From Basidiobolus meristosporus CBS 931.73 (taxonomy: Eukaryota; Fungi; Basidiobolomycota): a stretch of DNA of 64,000 nucleotides. Position 1 is the stretch's first letter. Each line of letters opens with the position of its first letter. A model generated the notes under the pieces. The model had not been told where the DNA came from. It ran no database searches and saw only the letters and a program-made list of their open reading frames with translations. The position numbers were made by a program, and so were the translations under genes. This document shows positions 61,124 through 64,000 of this stretch, one piece after another. The DNA lies in NCBI GenBank assembly GCA_002104905.1, contig MCFE01000142.1:92201-156200 (forward strand), read 5' to 3'.

Positions 61124-64000
61124 TTAGGGGGAGACAGTCACCAACAGGTGAAATCTTTATTTCAGTTGAAACAAAGAAGCCAGTGCTACTGTTGTAGCTT
61201 TGATACAAGTGTGTGTAGCTGAGGGGAATTTGTAGGTAAGTTAATAAGAAGTGATGATAGTTCTTCAGTGCTCAAGACACTTTTCAGTGGGAAGGGGGGT
61301 AGCAAGAGAGGTAAGAATGACTTGTGAACAACATTAATGAGGGGAATGTGATAAGGATTGATATTCATCATAAAGGGAGTGTGCTGCTGCAGATATTGCT
61401 GCCAAAGGTCTGTCAAGTACTTCAGGTAGGCCAGCTTGGGTTTTTCTGACTGCAGAATATAGTGAGCAAACTTCTTGACTTCAGGATCTCCAAGTATAGT
61501 TCTCCAGCAGGAGTCAGGTGTTGTGTGGTGAGTTCTCTTCCAGGCCTTAATCAGTGGGTTGTTGCAGTTGTGAAGTCTGAGGTATAATCTGGTTCTAAGG
61601 TAGAGAAGTCTGATCTTATAGGGCATAAACCCAAAAGCACCAAGAATAGCATGTCTGTAGGGGCATTCAGGCAAATTAAGGCACCAAGGAGGTAATGCAC
61701 CATACTGCAAACTTGTCAAGCTTAGTGCAGTCTCTAGAAGTAAGAGAGAGAAGTGGTAAGCCAAATTCCAGGACAGGGAAGACAAACTGCTTGAGTAGAA
61801 GGAGGCAGCTAGGAGCTGAAGTTGTAGGAGGAGTTACAGCCAGTAGCTTGTGGAGTGCCTGTCTTGCCAGGATAATTCTCTTCTTCAGGTGTGCTCCAGA
61901 GTCTAGTCCAGTAGGAAGGAAAGGAAAGCCAAGATATGTAGCAGAAACCTGAGCAGGTAGAGTGGAGTTCTCCAAGTTGATGGGAGAGCCCAAAGGTACT
62001 GTCTTTGCAATGGAAAGCTGGAGATTATTCTTCTGCAGATACTGGTGGATGGTCTGGGAGTCTTGTTGCACATTGGAGGAGGATATTCTGATGTCATCAG
62101 CAAAGAGAGTAACCAGGCAGTCAGCTGAGAGTCTTGGGAAATCATTCAGGAAGATGGCAAACAGTATAGGACCAAGCACAGAGCCTTGAACCACTCCATT
62201 AGGAACTGAGAACACAGCTGATTGCTCACTTGGGTGCAGAATTCTTGCTTGTGGATCCAGAAACAGAGACCTGACAAGGAGGGTGAGAGAGGTACTGGAG
62301 AAGCATTGCAACTTGGACCAAAGCAGATTTCTGTCAACTGAATCAAAGGCCTTAGTAATATCAAACAGAACAGAGGGATACTTGCACTGGAGAGAGTGAT
62401 CTTGGCTAAGTATGACTGCATATTCCAAGGAGAGGCCAGGAACAAAGCCAAACTGTGCAGGATGAAACTTGAGGGAGTCAGAGTAGAGCTCCTGAGCAAG
62501 CAGAAGCTCAAACACCTTTCTGCAGGTGGGCAGCAGAGATATTGGCCTGTAGGAGCTAGGATCCAGGTGCTTTCCTTTACCCTTGTACAGTGGCAGAACA
62601 TTTGCAAAGGACCATTCCTCAGGAGTAGAAAGCTGGGCTGAGCATTGCTGAAACAGTGGAAGCAGAAGTGCAGACATGGCCTTGGTACTAGTCTTCAGAA
62701 GCTCATAAGAGATTGTGTCCACACCTGGAGCAGTAGAGTTGGGAAGCCTCTTGAGCACATTATGGATTCTCCTTTGATCAAGTGCAAGTGGGATGGGCAG
62801 AGTCTTGAAGTCAGGATGAAAGCCAGGAGTTGAGTACTGCTTTGTAGAGAAGAAGATGTTAGCCAGCTGTTCTGTTGAAGGTAACTTCCTGGAAGAGGGC
62901 CTCATTGCCCTGTAGAGTCTTGATACTGTTCTTGTTATAGAGTTGGAAGATTGCAGAGGCAAGGAACTCATAATATGATCCCAGAGCTGAGTATGCAGAG
63001 TGTGGTGAATTGCCTTGGAGTGGTGTATGGCTGTCAGGAGGAGTTTCTCTGTTTTTGGGTTAGGGAAACTCAGGTAGCTTTGTTGCAGGGCTGAAACAAT
63101 GGATTCCCATTTTCTTGAGGTAACAGCAGTAGTCTTGCATGGCAGTGAGAGGGAGGCAGACACCAGAATCAGATGCTTCACAAAGAGCCAGGCATAGTTG
63201 AGATCATCTGGCAGAGAAAGTAGCAAACTGGCAAGCTTCAAGTAGTTCCCAAAGTCTTTCTTCTGATTCTTGGTAGCTTTGTGGGTGAGCACAGTAAGTT
63301 TTGGCAGCTTCTTCTTCACAACTGGTTGCATAGAAAGGGACCAGGCTGGGTGGTCAGAGGCTCTCAAGGATCCTAGCTCAGCTCCAGAGAATTGCTTAAC
63401 TTCATCCACAAAGTAGAGGGCAGCAGCAGAAGGGCAGATCCAGTCAACACATCTTTTCTCAGATTGAGCACCTAGTGCTAGCAGATGGCTTTCTCTCAGG
63501 AAGTTCAGTAGGAATGTCAACCTTGGCTTCATTCTTGCAGTCAGAGTAGTCTTGTTCTCAGGATGGGGAATGTTGAGATCTCCAAGCAAGATAATAGGTG
63601 TTGATATAGATTGCTGGTATTGCTGAACTTTCTGGCATATAACTTGCACTTCCTGAAGGGCAAGACTTGGAGGCAGATAGCAGAGCACCAGACTGATAGT
63701 TGGCAACTGGAGAGCAGCACAGTAAGGGGAGTAAAGAGGAACACAGAGCTGAGGAGTATTGATGGTAGAAGAGATGAAGCAGATAGAGGAGGTATTCTTT
63801 GTTCTAGGAGTAGAAAAGCAATATAGATTAGTCAAAAGTATAGAGGGTAGCTGGACATCAATCAAACACAGGAGGGAAAATCTTGAAAGAAGTCTCTCTA
63901 GAGTTGGTCTTGATGGCTGTATGCTGTTGCAGTTAAGCAACAGAACTTCAGGTAGTCAGGCAGAGGTTGTAGCTTCTTCAGAGGCAGCATTGACAATGTG
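61124..64000 (-). mobile_element. Non-LTR retrotransposon (LINE) copy A; runs off the window within ORF1
   Basis: Near-intact ORF2; 3' cassette 61124-61182; head-to-tail with copy B. Confidence 0.93.
61186..63955 (-). CDS. LINE A ORF2 (APE plus RT) with one +1 frameshift near 61678
   Basis: LLLNCNS, LLGDLNIPH, CVDWI, SDHPA; YRPISLL, FDITKAFDSV, GVVQGSVLGPILF, LFADDI, YLGFP; C-terminal ORF 61186-61785 aligns with the copy B tail. Confidence 0.9.

Noticed and set aside
58127-64000. Calling the RT elements Helitrons, Penelope or DIRS because of their 3' hairpin-CTAA ends
   Set aside because: They encode APE plus non-LTR RT motifs; no Rep/helicase, GIY-YIG or tyrosine recombinase is present.

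Overview
Eukaryotic genomic DNA, most likely fungal (GT-AG introns with CTAAC/CTGAC branch sites, fungal-type gene families; an early-diverging lineage is an inference). A CpG-rich island of about 7 host genes (~18.6-39.6 kb) lies between two strongly CpG-depleted transposon nests. The host genes encode a small disordered protein, a PX-PB1-PB1 protein, a Cys-rich type I membrane protein, a TDP2-like EEP nuclease, an MBOAT acyltransferase, an LrgA-LrgB fusion transporter and a secreted CBM9-like protein. The left nest holds two decayed Ty3/gypsy elements, a solo LTR, a MITE, a near-intact Ty1/copia (8164-12849, TSD GCTAC) and older copia relics. The right nest holds three more copia relics, a very young 3.6-kb Gag-protease-only LTR element (LTRs identical by eye, 4-bp TSD) inside a 155-bp tandem array, and a block of intronless ORFs including a Kelch-SNF2 fusion. 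It also holds three members of one non-LTR retrotransposon family, the best candidate for an undescribed system. Two diverged APE-RT LINEs share an identical TCTGCC-TGA-CTAC in-frame ORF1/ORF2 junction with no usable AUG for ORF2, which suggests programmed UGA readthrough. All three members, including an ORF1-only element, end in the same tail-less 3' cassette: AATAAA, a TCACC/GGTGA hairpin, then CCCCCTAA. All alignments, counts and folds were done by eye; no database search was run.
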